In this document: piece by piece, positions 19,747-30,085 of the stretch
Numbering within the stretch: position 1 is the stretch's first letter
Layout of the letters: every line of letters starts with the position of its first letter
NCBI GenBank assembly: GCA_017610175.1
Contig: JAFCCO010000004.1
Location: 18,206 to 82,205 of the forward strand
Direction of reading: 5' to 3'
DNA: 64,000 nt
From: Candidatus Iainarchaeum sp.
Lineage (GTDB): Archaea > Iainarchaeota > Iainarchaeia > Iainarchaeales > GCA-2688035
Program-made: the position numbers and the translations under genes
Notes under the pieces: model-generated
What the model was told of the DNA's origin: nothing
The model's database searches: none
What the model saw: only the letters and a program-made list of their open reading frames with translations

Positions 19747-20885
19747 AAGAAAGGAACTTTTTTTGTTGCAACACTTTCAGATGCAAGAATAAACGCACCC
19801 GCACTCCAGGCATGGTAACTGCTTCCGCCGGCCTTCCTTGTTCCGGGGTGCACCCATTCATTAAATTCCCACTTGTAATTAACGCCAAGCTTGTTGCAGC
19901 GCAAAAGCTTTTTCAACTCATGCTCTGCCCTTTCAAACCGCTCAGCCTTAACAAGCGCGGTAACATAAAAGCCCCCAACATACGGCCAGATGCCTCCATT
20001 AATATAATAATTTGGCTTTGCCGCAAGGCATTTGCTGAAATAATCCTGCCACTCCTTTGCCCCACGCCTGATTGGGGGATAAATAACGCGAACAGGATAC
20101 GGCTTGTCAATCCCCTTTTTGTCAACAAAGTCAAGAATTGATTCTGCTTCCTCTTTGCCCGCAAGGCCTCCGCAAACGGCAAGCATGTTTCCAAGGGAAT
20201 CAAACCATTTTTCCTGCTCGGTAATCCCGTCATGCCCCTTCCATCTCCAGGGAAGAAAGTAGCCGAGTTTTTTATCAAACAGGTTCACATGCCTGTGGTC
20301 CCCCATTGCGGCGGACTTCACCTTTTTTGCAAGGGAAGTTTTGTCAAACAATTTCAAAGCAGAGTAATACATTGCAATCGAGTTTACTGTGTGCCCGTAC
20401 TTGTGGGGGAAGCAATCCTGCCAGTCACTTGTCGGGTGCTGTTCAGGCAAATAGTCCTCGCCTGTGTCCTGGCAAAGCAGCCAGAAGAACGCTTTGTCAA
20501 TCTCCTTTTTTCTTTTTCTAAGAAGCGAACGGTCCTTGTAGGCCAAAGCATATGCCTTCATCCCAAGCAGCCACCAAAGTGTGCTGTCAATTGTTGCAAA
20601 AGTTGACTGCTTTCTTCTCTTGGGGTCCCAGTTGTCAACCGCGTTTGGAATCTGACCAACAGCACTCTGGTTCCTTACAAGTGTTTCAAGAGTTATGCTA
20701 AACTGGGTCTTGAACTGCTTTTCTGGGTCGGCAACGCTTGCCCCAATCAGGCCAATCATACTGTCCCTGGAAAACACCATATTGTAGCCGCCCCTGCCGC
20801 CACTTGCGTGCATTCCATGCGGGGTGCTGCATTTTTGCAGGGCAATTCTTGCCCTCTTAAGTGCTTCTTCCTGCTGACCCATCAA
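19743..20885 (-). CDS. (alpha/alpha)6 glycoside hydrolase, GH100 invertase / amylo-alpha-1,6-glucosidase-like
   Basis: FSRDS, GQIPN, IDSTLWW, DWQD, YINGGIWP, FNEW, AWSAG. Confidence 0.8.
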   Translation of the reverse strand: MMGQQEEALKRARIALQKCSTPHGMHASGGRGGYNMVFSRDSMIGLIGASVADPEKQFKTQFSITLETLVRNQSAVGQIPNAVDNWDPKRRKQSTFATIDSTLWWLLGMKAYALAYKDRSLLRKRKKEIDKAFFWLLCQDTGEDYLPEQHPTSDWQDCFPHKYGHTVNSIAMYYSALKLFDKTSLAKKVKSAAMGDHRHVNLFDKKLGYFLPWRWKGHDGITEQEKWFDSLGNMLAVCGGLAGKEEAESILDFVDKKGIDKPYPVRVIYPPIRRGAKEWQDYFSKCLAAKPNYYINGGIWPYVGGFYVTALVKAERFERAEHELKKLLRCNKLGVNYKWEFNEWVHPGTRKAGGSSYHAWSAGAFILASESVATKKVPFF

Positions 20886-20909
20886 AAGAATAGATGATTT
20901 AACTAGTAT

Positions 20910-21491
20910 TTAATTATTCGCAGCTTTGAACTCGTCTTTCAGCATAGAATACAGTTTAAGGTCCTTAAAGCCGCCAAAAGCGGGATTGCATTTCTTGCGC
21001 AATACCCCCTCAAACTTAAAGCCAACCTTTTCAATCACGCGCCTGCTTGAATCGTTTCCAATAACGTGGCTGACCTGGACCCTGTTTAGTTTTAGCTCGT
21101 TGAATGCGTAATCCAGCATTATGCGGACCGCTTCAGGCATTATCCCCCTTCCCCTGTGCGCCTTGCCAAGGTGGTATGCAAGTTCAGCGCAACTGTTCGG
21201 TTTGTCAATTTTGATAAGGCCAATGTTTCCGACGGGCGTAGTCTCCCCCTTTGAAACAATCGCAAGGTCAATGCGCCCGCCTGTTTGCCTCTCTGCCTCA
21301 GATCTGCTTATGAAGTCAACCGCATGCTTCAGATTGTAGGGGTGCGGGATGTGGGTAACTTTTCCTAAATCAATTTCATCACAGCTTGCCCTAAGGGCTT
21401 CTGCATCGCTTGCACTCCAATACCTTAAGAAAATCCCTTTTCCCTCAAGTTCCACCAGCACACCTCTTGTTACTATTTTTATTCGCAACAC
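20910..21491 (-). CDS. GNAT acetyltransferase, RimJ/RimL family
   Basis: HRGRGIMPEA, NDSSRRVIEKVGFKFEG. Confidence 0.9.
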   Translation of the reverse strand: MLRIKIVTRGVLVELEGKGIFLRYWSASDAEALRASCDEIDLGKVTHIPHPYNLKHAVDFISRSEAERQTGGRIDLAIVSKGETTPVGNIGLIKIDKPNSCAELAYHLGKAHRGRGIMPEAVRIMLDYAFNELKLNRVQVSHVIGNDSSRRVIEKVGFKFEGVLRKKCNPAFGGFKDLKLYSMLKDEFKAANN

Positions 21492-21636
21492 TTATTTTAA
21501 TATGAAAAGAAACCCTGAAAAGGAGCTTTTGCCGGTTGGAAGTTAAAGGATTTAAAGTAATGCATCCCATAATTTGTTAGCTTTCAAAGCAATTTTCTTT
21601 TGGCAAAGCTTTCCTTTTTCCAAAAGAAAAGGTTCT

Positions 21637-21711
21637 GGGACGGTAGTATAGCTTGGTCTAGTATTCGGCGTTCGGGGCGCCGTGACGGGGGTTCAAATCC
21701 TCCCCGTCCCA
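21637..21711 (+). tRNA. tRNA-Pro(CGG), intronless, CCA not encoded
   Basis: Acceptor GGGACGG/CCGTCCC, anticodon arm CGGCG-TTCGGGG-CGCCG, T-arm GGGGG-TTCAAAT-CCTCC. Confidence 0.95.
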
Positions 21712-21788
21712 TTCCCGAGCTTTGGCGAGGAAACACTTTTAAAGTAGTTAGACCTTATTTTGTTAAACAGTTTTTTGGTGGGTTGGGT

Positions 21789-23492
21789 ATGAAAGGAAAA
21801 GACATCCTTAATGAGATTAGTTCCACATCCAGTGGCGAATTTTACACACCTATCCCGGAGGGCTACAAGGCGGGCAAAACCAAATATGTAATTATTACCG
21901 GCAGTGTCATGTCAGGGGTTGGAAAGGGAACCATTTCAAGCAGCCTGTGCAAGTGCCTGCAGGACCGGGGCCTGAAAGTTGAACCCATCAAGCTTGAAGC
22001 CTACCTAAACGTTGATTCCGGGACATTGAACCCATACAGGCACGGCGAAGTTTTTGTGCTGGATGACGGTTACGAAACAGACCTTGACCTTGGAACCTAC
22101 GAGCGAATGCTTGACAAGAACCTTACAAGAGACCACTTTGTCACATCAGGGCGAATTTACCAGACAATAATTGAGAAAGAGCGTGCAGGCAAGTATCTGG
22201 GACGCGATGTGCAGTTCATTCCACACGTAACAGGTGAAATCAAAAGCATTGTCAGGAACATGGCAATGAAAAGCAAGGCAGACATCATTTCAATTGAGAT
22301 TGGTGGGACAGTCGGCGATTATGAAAATATGTTTGCCCTCGAAGCACTGAGGGAACTGCAGTATGAAGAGGGCAGGGAAAACGTTTGCTTTGTAAACATC
22401 ACTTACATAATGGAACCAAAGAGTTTGGGCGAGCAAAAAAGCAAGGCGGCACAGCTTGGAATAAAGCGCCTGATTGCAATGGGAATTCAGCCGGACATTA
22501 TTGTCTGCAGAAGCCAGTCAAAACTCAAACAAAACATTCGCGAAAAAATCAGTCTCAACACAAACGTCCCGCTTGACCGCGTAATCGGAGTGCACAACGT
22601 TGAAAACATTTACTCACTGCCCTTAACACTGCGCGAAAGCGGCTTTGACCAGAGAATTCTTGAAATATTTGAAATGGACAAGAAATTCAAGGCAAACGGA
22701 AACTCCGGATTAAAGGAATGGGTTAAGAACACAAGTGTGACAAGCTCAAAGGACCCGATTGTTGTCGGGATTGCCGGAAAATACACCGAGGGCGGAGACG
22801 CCTACATCAGCATTCTTAAGGCACTTGAGCACTGCAGTTTTGCACTAAACCACCGTGTTGAAGTCAAGTGGATTGAGTCCACAAAAATTGAGAAAGACCA
22901 GATAAAAGTTGACGAGGCAATTAAGGGAGTTGATGGGATTATTGTGCCCGGGGGCTTTGGCTCAAGAGGGGTTGAGGGAAAAATAAAGGTCGCACAGTAC
23001 TGCCGCGAAAACAATATTCCATACCTTGGGCTTTGCCTGGGATTCCAAATCGCACTCATTGAATTTGCAAGAAACGTTCTGAAGCTTGAGGACGCAAACA
23101 GCACAGAATTTGAGCCAAAGGCAAAGCACCCGGTTGTAGACCTGCTCCCTGAGCAAATGGACATAGAGGGACTGGGCGGAAACATGCGTTTGGGAGGCAG
23201 AAACGTTGAAGTAAAAGAAGGGACAATTGCCTCAAGAATTTTTAACAAGGCAAAAAGTGTCAGAAGAAGGTTCAGGCACAGGTTTGAATGCAATCCGGAT
23301 TACATCAAGCAGTTTGAGGAAAACGGAATCGTGTTCTCGGGAAAGGCTCCAAAGCAACCGATTATGCAGATTTTGGAAGTTCCTTCACTCAAGTTTTTGA
23401 TGGCTTCACAGTTCCACCCTGAACTCACCTCAAGGCCGCGCCACCCGGACGAAATGTTCCTCGAATTTGTGAAGAACTGTGCTAAAAAGTAA
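21789..23492 (+). CDS. pyrG: CTP synthase
   Basis: TGSVMSGVGKG, HGEVFVLDDG, PGGFG, GLCLG, RHRFE, QFHPE; real start ATG 21789, downstream of the tRNA. Confidence 0.97.
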   Translation: MKGKDILNEISSTSSGEFYTPIPEGYKAGKTKYVIITGSVMSGVGKGTISSSLCKCLQDRGLKVEPIKLEAYLNVDSGTLNPYRHGEVFVLDDGYETDLDLGTYERMLDKNLTRDHFVTSGRIYQTIIEKERAGKYLGRDVQFIPHVTGEIKSIVRNMAMKSKADIISIEIGGTVGDYENMFALEALRELQYEEGRENVCFVNITYIMEPKSLGEQKSKAAQLGIKRLIAMGIQPDIIVCRSQSKLKQNIREKISLNTNVPLDRVIGVHNVENIYSLPLTLRESGFDQRILEIFEMDKKFKANGNSGLKEWVKNTSVTSSKDPIVVGIAGKYTEGGDAYISILKALEHCSFALNHRVEVKWIESTKIEKDQIKVDEAIKGVDGIIVPGGFGSRGVEGKIKVAQYCRENNIPYLGLCLGFQIALIEFARNVLKLEDANSTEFEPKAKHPVVDLLPEQMDIEGLGGNMRLGGRNVEVKEGTIASRIFNKAKSVRRRFRHRFECNPDYIKQFEENGIVFSGKAPKQPIMQILEVPSLKFLMASQFHPELTSRPRHPDEMFLEFVKNCAKK

Positions 23493-23495
23493 GAA

Positions 23496-23669
23496 TCAGG
23501 CCTTTTCTGCCCTTTCAGGAAGCATTATTGGAATTCCATTCTCAACAGGATATGCAAGCCGGCAAACACTGCAAACTATTCTGCTTCCGGCTTGGTCGTA
23601 ATCTATTTTCCCCATGCATTTCGGGCATGCAAGAACCTCAAGCAGCTTTTGCGGAATCTCCTCTGACAT
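23496..23669 (-). CDS. Trm112 family protein
   Basis: LEVLACPKC...CSVC..AYPVENGIPIML. Confidence 0.9.
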   Translation of the reverse strand: MSEEIPQKLLEVLACPKCMGKIDYDQAGSRIVCSVCRLAYPVENGIPIMLPERAEKA

Positions 23670-23798
23670 GAACAAATTGTTGCGCAAAATGTTTAAAACA
23701 AGAAACTGGCTTTTAGGTTTTAGGCTAAGAAAGCCAAAGCGCTTATTAAATATATATTATTCTTTTATTAATAGCCAAAAATAACTAAGGTTTGCCAA

Positions 23799-24950
23799 AT
23801 GACTGTTGAAAAGATTTTTTTAGAGGGAAAGGAAATTGTGCTGGTTGGAACCGCGCACATCAGCCAGAAATCAACCGATTTGGTGAAGGAAACAATCAAA
23901 AAAGAGCACCCTGACTCGGTCGGGGTGGAACTTGACAACCAGCGCTTTATGCAGTTAAGGTCCGGAAAAAAATGGCTTGAAATGGACATTGCACGCATTG
24001 TAAAGGAGGGCAAAACATATCTTTTCCTCATAAACATTCTTCTTGCAAACATGCAGCGCAAGCTGGGAAAACAGCTTGGAATAAAACCCGGAATGGAAAT
24101 GCTTGAAGCAATAAAAATTAGCGGCGAAAATGGAATCAGGGTGGAGCTGCTTGACAGGGATGTAAGAGTAACCCTGAAGCGCGCACTCATACTCACAGGG
24201 TTTTTTGAAAAGCTGAGGCTTGGGTTGGATGTTCTTTTCTCGCTTTTCCAGCAGCCGGAGCCGCTGACGGAGAAAAGCATTGAGCAACTTAAAGACAAGG
24301 ACACACTTAACGCGCTTATGGCGGAACTGAGCGTAAAAATGCCGTCGGTAAAGCGGGTTTTGGTTGACGAAAGGGACTTGTTTATTGCAACCCGCATAAT
24401 GCAAATGCACGGCAACAAGGTTGTCGCGATTGTGGGAGCAGGCCACATTGAGGGAATTAAAAAAAATTTGGGAAAAAGGGCAGACATGCGTGAGCTTCTA
24501 TCAATTCCAAAGAAAAAAAGCTTACTGCGTTTCATAAAGTATTTAGTTCCGATTGCATTGATTGCACTGCTTGGCTACGGGTTTTACACAAAGGGAGTTG
24601 CAGTTACTGCACAACTTATTCTGATGTGGTTCCTGATTAACGGGATTCTTTCGGCACTGGGAGCCTTGCTTGCAAGAGCCCACCCGTTTTCAATTGCAAC
24701 GGCTTTCCTTGCGGCGCCGTTTACTTCACTGCATCCTGCGTTTGCAGCCGGATGGTTTGCGGCGGCAGTTGAGGCAAAAATGCGGTGCCCAAAGGTAAAG
24801 GATTTCCAGGGCCTGCAGAACCTTGAGTCTTACTCAGATTTTTCAAATAACCGCGTTACACGCGTGCTTCTTGTGGCAGCGTATTCAAATCTGGGCAGCA
24901 CCATTGGAACAATTGTGGCTTTGCCCTACATTCTTTCACTGCTGGGCTAA
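23799..24950 (+). CDS. TraB/PrgY family protein with C-terminal membrane domain
   Basis: LVGTAHIS, VGVELD, PGMEM, LVDERD, VGAGH. Confidence 0.9.
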   Translation: MTVEKIFLEGKEIVLVGTAHISQKSTDLVKETIKKEHPDSVGVELDNQRFMQLRSGKKWLEMDIARIVKEGKTYLFLINILLANMQRKLGKQLGIKPGMEMLEAIKISGENGIRVELLDRDVRVTLKRALILTGFFEKLRLGLDVLFSLFQQPEPLTEKSIEQLKDKDTLNALMAELSVKMPSVKRVLVDERDLFIATRIMQMHGNKVVAIVGAGHIEGIKKNLGKRADMRELLSIPKKKSLLRFIKYLVPIALIALLGYGFYTKGVAVTAQLILMWFLINGILSALGALLARAHPFSIATAFLAAPFTSLHPAFAAGWFAAAVEAKMRCPKVKDFQGLQNLESYSDFSNNRVTRVLLVAAYSNLGSTIGTIVALPYILSLLG

Positions 24951-25274
24951 TTACATTACGCTTGAGCCAACGGCAATGTCCCTGTCAAGGGTTAGAAGAA
25001 CAACTCCGTTCTCTGAGTCGGCCGCAAGAAGCATTCCGTTGCTTTCAATTCCCGCAATTTTTGCGGGCTCAAGGTTTGCAACAACCACAATTGTTTTTCC
25101 CACAAGCTCTTCTGCACTGTAGGCAGGCTTTAATCCGGCAACAAGTGTTCTCGGAGTTTCCTCCCCAAGGTCTATTTCAAGCTTCACAAGCTTGTCTTTT
25201 CCCTCAATGTCCTCTGCCTTTGTAATCTTTGCAACTTTAAGTTCTGTTTTTTGGAATTCGTTGAATGAAATCAA
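24951..25274 (-). CDS. tRNA-binding OB-fold protein (MetRS C-terminal/Trbp111/CsaA-like)
   Basis: DKLVKLEIDLG, VANLEPAKIAGIESNGMLLAA. Confidence 0.9.
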   Translation of the reverse strand: MISFNEFQKTELKVAKITKAEDIEGKDKLVKLEIDLGEETPRTLVAGLKPAYSAEELVGKTIVVVANLEPAKIAGIESNGMLLAADSENGVVLLTLDRDIAVGSSVM

Positions 25275-25286
25275 GTAACCAGCCTC

Positions 25287-25685
25287 CTATTTGATTATAT
25301 CAACTACTTCTGCATCATCATTAAAATCCTTTATTTCCCCGGAACCAATCTCAATTGCCTGGCTCTCATTAACCATGCAGTAAACCGTTTCGTTCAGCAT
25401 TACCTTGGGGTCAATAAGCACTTTAACTCCGTAAATGGAGACAGGGGGAAGAAACTCCTTTCTGTAGCCCGTAATCTCAAATGTTTCCTCTTCGTCCACG
25501 GGCTTAACCTTTTCACCGGCTGCGTTTTCAATTTTTGCAAAGTCAAGCGTGCTCGATTTAAGGGAAATTGCAAGAATTTGTGTTTCACCCGCTGCAAAAA
25601 GCCTGCATCTGATGAATATTACTCCTTTGGGAAGCAGAACAATCTTTGCCTTAAGGCCCACCGATTTAATAAAGTCCTCAACCAT
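25287..25685 (-). CDS. YbaK/EbsC-like deacylase domain protein (divergent)
   Basis: ITGY...LPPV, VLIDPKV pattern. Confidence 0.65.
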   Translation of the reverse strand: MVEDFIKSVGLKAKIVLLPKGVIFIRCRLFAAGETQILAISLKSSTLDFAKIENAAGEKVKPVDEEETFEITGYRKEFLPPVSIYGVKVLIDPKVMLNETVYCMVNESQAIEIGSGEIKDFNDDAEVVDIIK

Positions 25686-25737
25686 AGTAGCAAGAAATAG
25701 GGAAAGGAAATAAATAAAAAAGGAAAAAATACCGGCC

Positions 25738-26898
25738 TTAGAGGCCAGCGTCTTTCTTCAATGCGTCCACTCTGTCGGTCTTTTCCCAGGTGAATTCCGG
25801 AAGTTCACGCCCAAAGTGCCCGTAATTTGTTGTTTTTCTAAAGATTGGCCTTCGCAGGTCAAGCTCCTCAATTATGTTGCCTGGCTTGAAGTTGAAGTTC
25901 TTCATCACAGCTTTGTGAATCTTGCTTGCGTCAACCTTTGCGGTTCCGTGCAGATCAATGAACACACTTGTGGGGTCTGTTCCGCCGATTGCGTAACTCA
26001 GCTGAACCTCTGCCCTTGTGGCCAAACCTGCCGCAACAATGTTCTTTGCAACATATCTTGCATAGTATGCGGCTGATCTGTCAACCTTTGAAGGGTCCTT
26101 TCCTGAGAAGGCTCCGCCGCCGTGGTTTCCCACTCCGCCGTATGTGTCCTGGATTATCTTTCTTCCAGTGCATCCTGAGTCGGCAACAGGTCCCCCAATA
26201 ACAAACCTTCCGGTGTTGTTGATGTAGTAGTTGGTCTTGTCATCGGTTAGGTCGCCGCAAACCGGTTCAATTACCTTTTCCTTAATGTCTTCCCTGAGCT
26301 TTTCAAGCTCAATGTCCTCATCGTGCTGTGTTGCAAGAACTATGCTGTCAATCCTCACCGGCTTGTCTTTCTCGTATTCAACTGTAACCTGTGTCTTTCC
26401 GTCAGGCCTAAGGTATGAAAGAACATTGTCCTTTCTTGCCCTCATAAGGGTTTCAGCAAGCCTGTGCGCAAGCCTGATTGGTGCAGGCATTAATTCTTCA
26501 GTCTCAGTGCAGGCATAACCGGACATCATTCCCTGGTCTCCCGCTCCAACCTGCTCCTTTGATTCCTTTGTCACACCCATTGAGATGTCAGGGCTCTGCT
26601 CGTGGATTGATGTTAGAACTCCAACGCTCTGGTAGTCAAAACCGTACTCTGGCTTTGAATATCCAACGTCTTTTAGAACATCCCTTACGGTTTTCTGAAT
26701 GTCAATATAAGCCTTTGTGGTAATTTCACCGGTCACAACAATGAATCCCATTCCGGCCATTGTTTCACAGGCAACCCTTGCGTAAGGATCTTCGCCGTAA
26801 ATTGCGTCAAGCACGGCATCGCTAATCTGGTCACACACCTTATCAGGGTGGCCCTCAGTCATTGCTTCACTTGTAAACATATATTTTCCATTTCTCAT
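25738..26898 (-). CDS. metK: Methionine adenosyltransferase, bacterial/eukaryotic type
   Basis: [43 protein letters not shown]. Confidence 0.96.
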   Translation of the reverse strand: MRNGKYMFTSEAMTEGHPDKVCDQISDAVLDAIYGEDPYARVACETMAGMGFIVVTGEITTKAYIDIQKTVRDVLKDVGYSKPEYGFDYQSVGVLTSIHEQSPDISMGVTKESKEQVGAGDQGMMSGYACTETEELMPAPIRLAHRLAETLMRARKDNVLSYLRPDGKTQVTVEYEKDKPVRIDSIVLATQHDEDIELEKLREDIKEKVIEPVCGDLTDDKTNYYINNTGRFVIGGPVADSGCTGRKIIQDTYGGVGNHGGGAFSGKDPSKVDRSAAYYARYVAKNIVAAGLATRAEVQLSYAIGGTDPTSVFIDLHGTAKVDASKIHKAVMKNFNFKPGNIIEELDLRRPIFRKTTNYGHFGRELPEFTWEKTDRVDALKKDAGL

Positions 26899-27026
26899 CA
26901 AATCACTCCATCTATTTAAAACAAACAAAAACTATATCCAAACAAGCCAAGTTAGCTTTAAAACTGAATGTTTTTTGAAAGAATTATTCCGATAAGAATT
27001 TAATTGTTCTTTTGCACAGTCAATGC

Positions 27027-27587
27027 ATGCTTCCAAGCCTTTCAGAGATTAAAGCGCTCAGAAAAAGGCAGAACCTTACACAGTCACAGCTTGCCTCCTT
27101 AAGCAATGTTTCGCAGAGCCTTATTGCAAAGCTTGAGGCAGACAAGATTGTGCCAACCTATGACAAGGCAAAAAGGCTGTTTGATACGCTTGAACGGATT
27201 CACGAAGAAAGCAGCCTTGCCGCAAAGGACATTATGACCACAAAAGTGCTGTACGCCACAGAGCAGGAAAGCATCAAGTCTGCAGTCAAAAAACTTGAAA
27301 AAAACGCACTTTCACAGCTTCCGGTACTGCATAACGGGCAAAATGTCGGCCTTGTAACCGAACGCGGCCTGCTTGCAAAAATAGGCCGCGGCGGAGTGGA
27401 TGTTGACAAATGCATTGTGGAGGATGCAATGGATGACGCATGCCCCACAATTCAGGAAAATACACCCCTAAAAGTTGTTTCACAGCTGCTTGACTACAAC
27501 AATGCTGTGCTGGTTAAAAAGAAGGGCAAAATCAGGGGAATAATCACCAAATCAGACCTCCTTAAAACAATGCTAAAGGCCCGCTAA
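27027..27587 (+). CDS. XRE-HTH + CBS-pair regulator
   Basis: LTQSQLA..SNVSQSLIAKLE; two CBS domains. Confidence 0.9.
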   Translation: MLPSLSEIKALRKRQNLTQSQLASLSNVSQSLIAKLEADKIVPTYDKAKRLFDTLERIHEESSLAAKDIMTTKVLYATEQESIKSAVKKLEKNALSQLPVLHNGQNVGLVTERGLLAKIGRGGVDVDKCIVEDAMDDACPTIQENTPLKVVSQLLDYNNAVLVKKKGKIRGIITKSDLLKTMLKAR

Positions 27588-27707
27588 ATGTCCTGAAAAG
27601 GGCAAAAACCCTATTTAAACGATATCTTTAAATACTTCTACAGGAGGAAGTATATAACAGGGCTTAGTTAACAAGTGAAATACAGGTTGCTCTGGAGGGG
27701 TTATTCA

Positions 27708-28253
27708 GTGACAAAACACAGTCTTGCGATTCTAGCATTGCTATTGATTTGTTCAAATGTCTTGGCAAGCAGCATAGGCGTGCCCGGCACAATCTATTTG
27801 TATGAGGAAAAAAACTCAACAACAATTACAATTGAAAACAGCGAAAGCTATTCACAAAACTTTGAATTGGAAGCAATCTTTCCAACAGCCATTTCACTCA
27901 GCAGGGAAAGCGGAACAATTTCCGCAAACCGCGGCACAAGTTTAACAATCACAATCCAGCCCAGAGCAGGCCTCATCGGGCAAACTTATGAGGGGAAGGT
28001 AATTGCAACAATTGGCGAGGAAGAAATTTCAAGGCCTATGAGAATTGTTTTCAGGAAAGCAAAGGCTGCAGACAAAACACCAGCAGACCCTGAGCCATCC
28101 AACAACACAGGTTCGGCAACAACCGGATTCTTTACAGTTGCATCACCAAACGCGGTTTCAGACCTTTTGCTGAACGCGTTCCTTGGGCTTGTTGCAGCAA
28201 TTCTTTTGATTGCATTTATTGCAAGGTTTACAAAACGACTGGAGGGCCACTAA
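27708..28253 (+). CDS. Secreted Ig-like protein with C-terminal TM anchor
   Basis: Signal peptide, beta-rich domain, TGFF linker, TM, basic tail. Confidence 0.7.
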   Translation: MTKHSLAILALLLICSNVLASSIGVPGTIYLYEEKNSTTITIENSESYSQNFELEAIFPTAISLSRESGTISANRGTSLTITIQPRAGLIGQTYEGKVIATIGEEEISRPMRIVFRKAKAADKTPADPEPSNNTGSATTGFFTVASPNAVSDLLLNAFLGLVAAILLIAFIARFTKRLEGH

Positions 28254-28254
28254 A

Positions 28255-30084
28255 ATGCACAAGACACTAATTTCAATGTCCCTGCTCTTGCTCGCAGCAA
28301 GCGCATTCGCTCAAGTAACAGTATACTCAGACGCAGAATCGGTTTTCATAGGAAGAAATGACTCAATCGCCGCAATCTTCACGATTGAAAACACTTCAGA
28401 TGAGGAACAGTGCCTTGATTTAAGCGGCGACACCGACAGCTATTACATTGAAATAGAACCAGGCATAACCGAAGTTTGCCTGCCCAAAAACTCACAGACA
28501 AAGGTAACCGCAAGCGTCAAGTCAATTGATGCACCTGCCGCAAACTTTGAGGCAAAATTAATTGCCGAAAACGCAAATTACACAGAAAGTGACTTTGTGG
28601 AGGTTAAAATCCTGAGCGAGCCCGAAATTGAGCTCGTTGAGTACGAAGCAGACATCTGCAGGGCGGAAGACGATTATTTCTCCGTTCTTGTAAAGAATAA
28701 CTCAAACGAACTCAAGGAAATTAGGCTCTGGGCAGACAACGAAATGCTTCTCCCATACTTTGAGCCGTCAAAATTGACACTTGATGCGTTTGAGGACAAA
28801 TACGTTAAAGTTTATGTCCACACAGGCAGAAACAGCCTGCTGGGGGATTACAGGGTAAGCCTTTTTGCAGAGGACGGAAGTATTGTTTCAAAGAAAGTGG
28901 CTTTCATCCCGGTAAAGGACTGCGAGAACGAAGAGCCCGAATTCAGCATAAGCCTTTCAACCGGCTGCACTTACGTTGACAGGGAAGACGAGGAAAGAAT
29001 CAGCTTCTCAATAAGAAACCTTGAGGACGAAGAGCTTGAACTAAGGGTTGCAATCGAAAGCGACCTTCCCGTTGACTACGACAGCAGGGTAACACTTGAG
29101 GAAAACGAGAGGAGAACGTTTAACGCATATATCAACGCAAGGGAATCGGATTACTTCGGAAGGCACGACTTTGACCTTACAGTCTGGGACCCTGAAACCG
29201 GAAAAAGCATTGAAAGAACCAAATGCATTTACGTAAGAAAAAGCAAGGCAAGCACAGTTGAACTGCTCAACAATGACATTGAAATAAGCCAGTGCTTGAG
29301 CGAAGTGTTCACGCTTCTCGCAAAAAACACTGGGGACTACGAGCTCAACTACGAAATAACAATCAACGAGGACTTCAACACAGGCTACATCAACGTAAGT
29401 GTCTCAGAGGACGAGTTTGAGCTGGGTGAGGATGAGCAAAAAGAGATCTACATCTATGTTACAACCCAGAAAGGAACCCCACTCGGAAACTACGAGTTTG
29501 ACATAATTGTAAGGCACAACGGCAAAAGAATGGAGAAAACAGCAAGGTTTAGCGTAACCGAGAAAATCGAATCGGGTGAGCTGGAAGTTGTTTCATACCC
29601 GATTCAGGTAACCGTCCCCGACGGAAACGAGCTTGCAATAGTTGTTTCACTCAGAAACGGAACCGAAGAGGATGTAACAGTTGAATCGGTGAGCCTGCTT
29701 GGCCTGCCCGCGGAATTCACAGTAAATACCGCGCACACAATATTAATTAAGGCGGGAAAAACACGCACCGTTGAGCTTGCACTTGTTTCAGGCGCAGAGC
29801 CCGGAACATACAATGCAACACTTGAGGTAAAAACAAGCGAGTTTGCCATTGTGGAAAACATTGAAATTCTTGTGCCCGAAACGGAGGAAGAAATAGACGT
29901 TCCGGCAGAAGAAGAAGAAGATGACACAGACGAACAGTTCCTTGCAGGGCTGTATACAGCAGGAGGCAACGTGCTCTACGGAATTGGAACACTTGCAATC
30001 GCACTACTGATAATCCTTTTGGCAACAAAAGTTGTCAGAAGCGTTGGAAAAAATGAAAAAGAAGTTTGGATGGGGAGGGAATAA
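28255..30084 (+). CDS. Large acidic surface protein with repeated Ig-like domains and C-terminal TM
   Basis: Signal peptide, ~100-aa repeats (xxN...GxYxxxL), TM anchor. Confidence 0.75.
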   Translation: MHKTLISMSLLLLAASAFAQVTVYSDAESVFIGRNDSIAAIFTIENTSDEEQCLDLSGDTDSYYIEIEPGITEVCLPKNSQTKVTASVKSIDAPAANFEAKLIAENANYTESDFVEVKILSEPEIELVEYEADICRAEDDYFSVLVKNNSNELKEIRLWADNEMLLPYFEPSKLTLDAFEDKYVKVYVHTGRNSLLGDYRVSLFAEDGSIVSKKVAFIPVKDCENEEPEFSISLSTGCTYVDREDEERISFSIRNLEDEELELRVAIESDLPVDYDSRVTLEENERRTFNAYINARESDYFGRHDFDLTVWDPETGKSIERTKCIYVRKSKASTVELLNNDIEISQCLSEVFTLLAKNTGDYELNYEITINEDFNTGYINVSVSEDEFELGEDEQKEIYIYVTTQKGTPLGNYEFDIIVRHNGKRMEKTARFSVTEKIESGELEVVSYPIQVTVPDGNELAIVVSLRNGTEEDVTVESVSLLGLPAEFTVNTAHTILIKAGKTRTVELALVSGAEPGTYNATLEVKTSEFAIVENIEILVPETEEEIDVPAEEEEDDTDEQFLAGLYTAGGNVLYGIGTLAIALLIILLATKVVRSVGKNEKEVWMGRE

Positions 30085-30085
30085 A

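Noticed and set aside
21600-21788. N-terminal extension of the pyrG ORF
   Set aside because: It reads through the tRNA-Pro gene; ATG 21789 is the plausible start
23768-24535. Long antisense ORFs (also 7465..8025, 32781..33344, 61444..61983)
   Set aside because: They fully overlap well-supported genes on the other strand and have Ser/Phe-rich shadow composition
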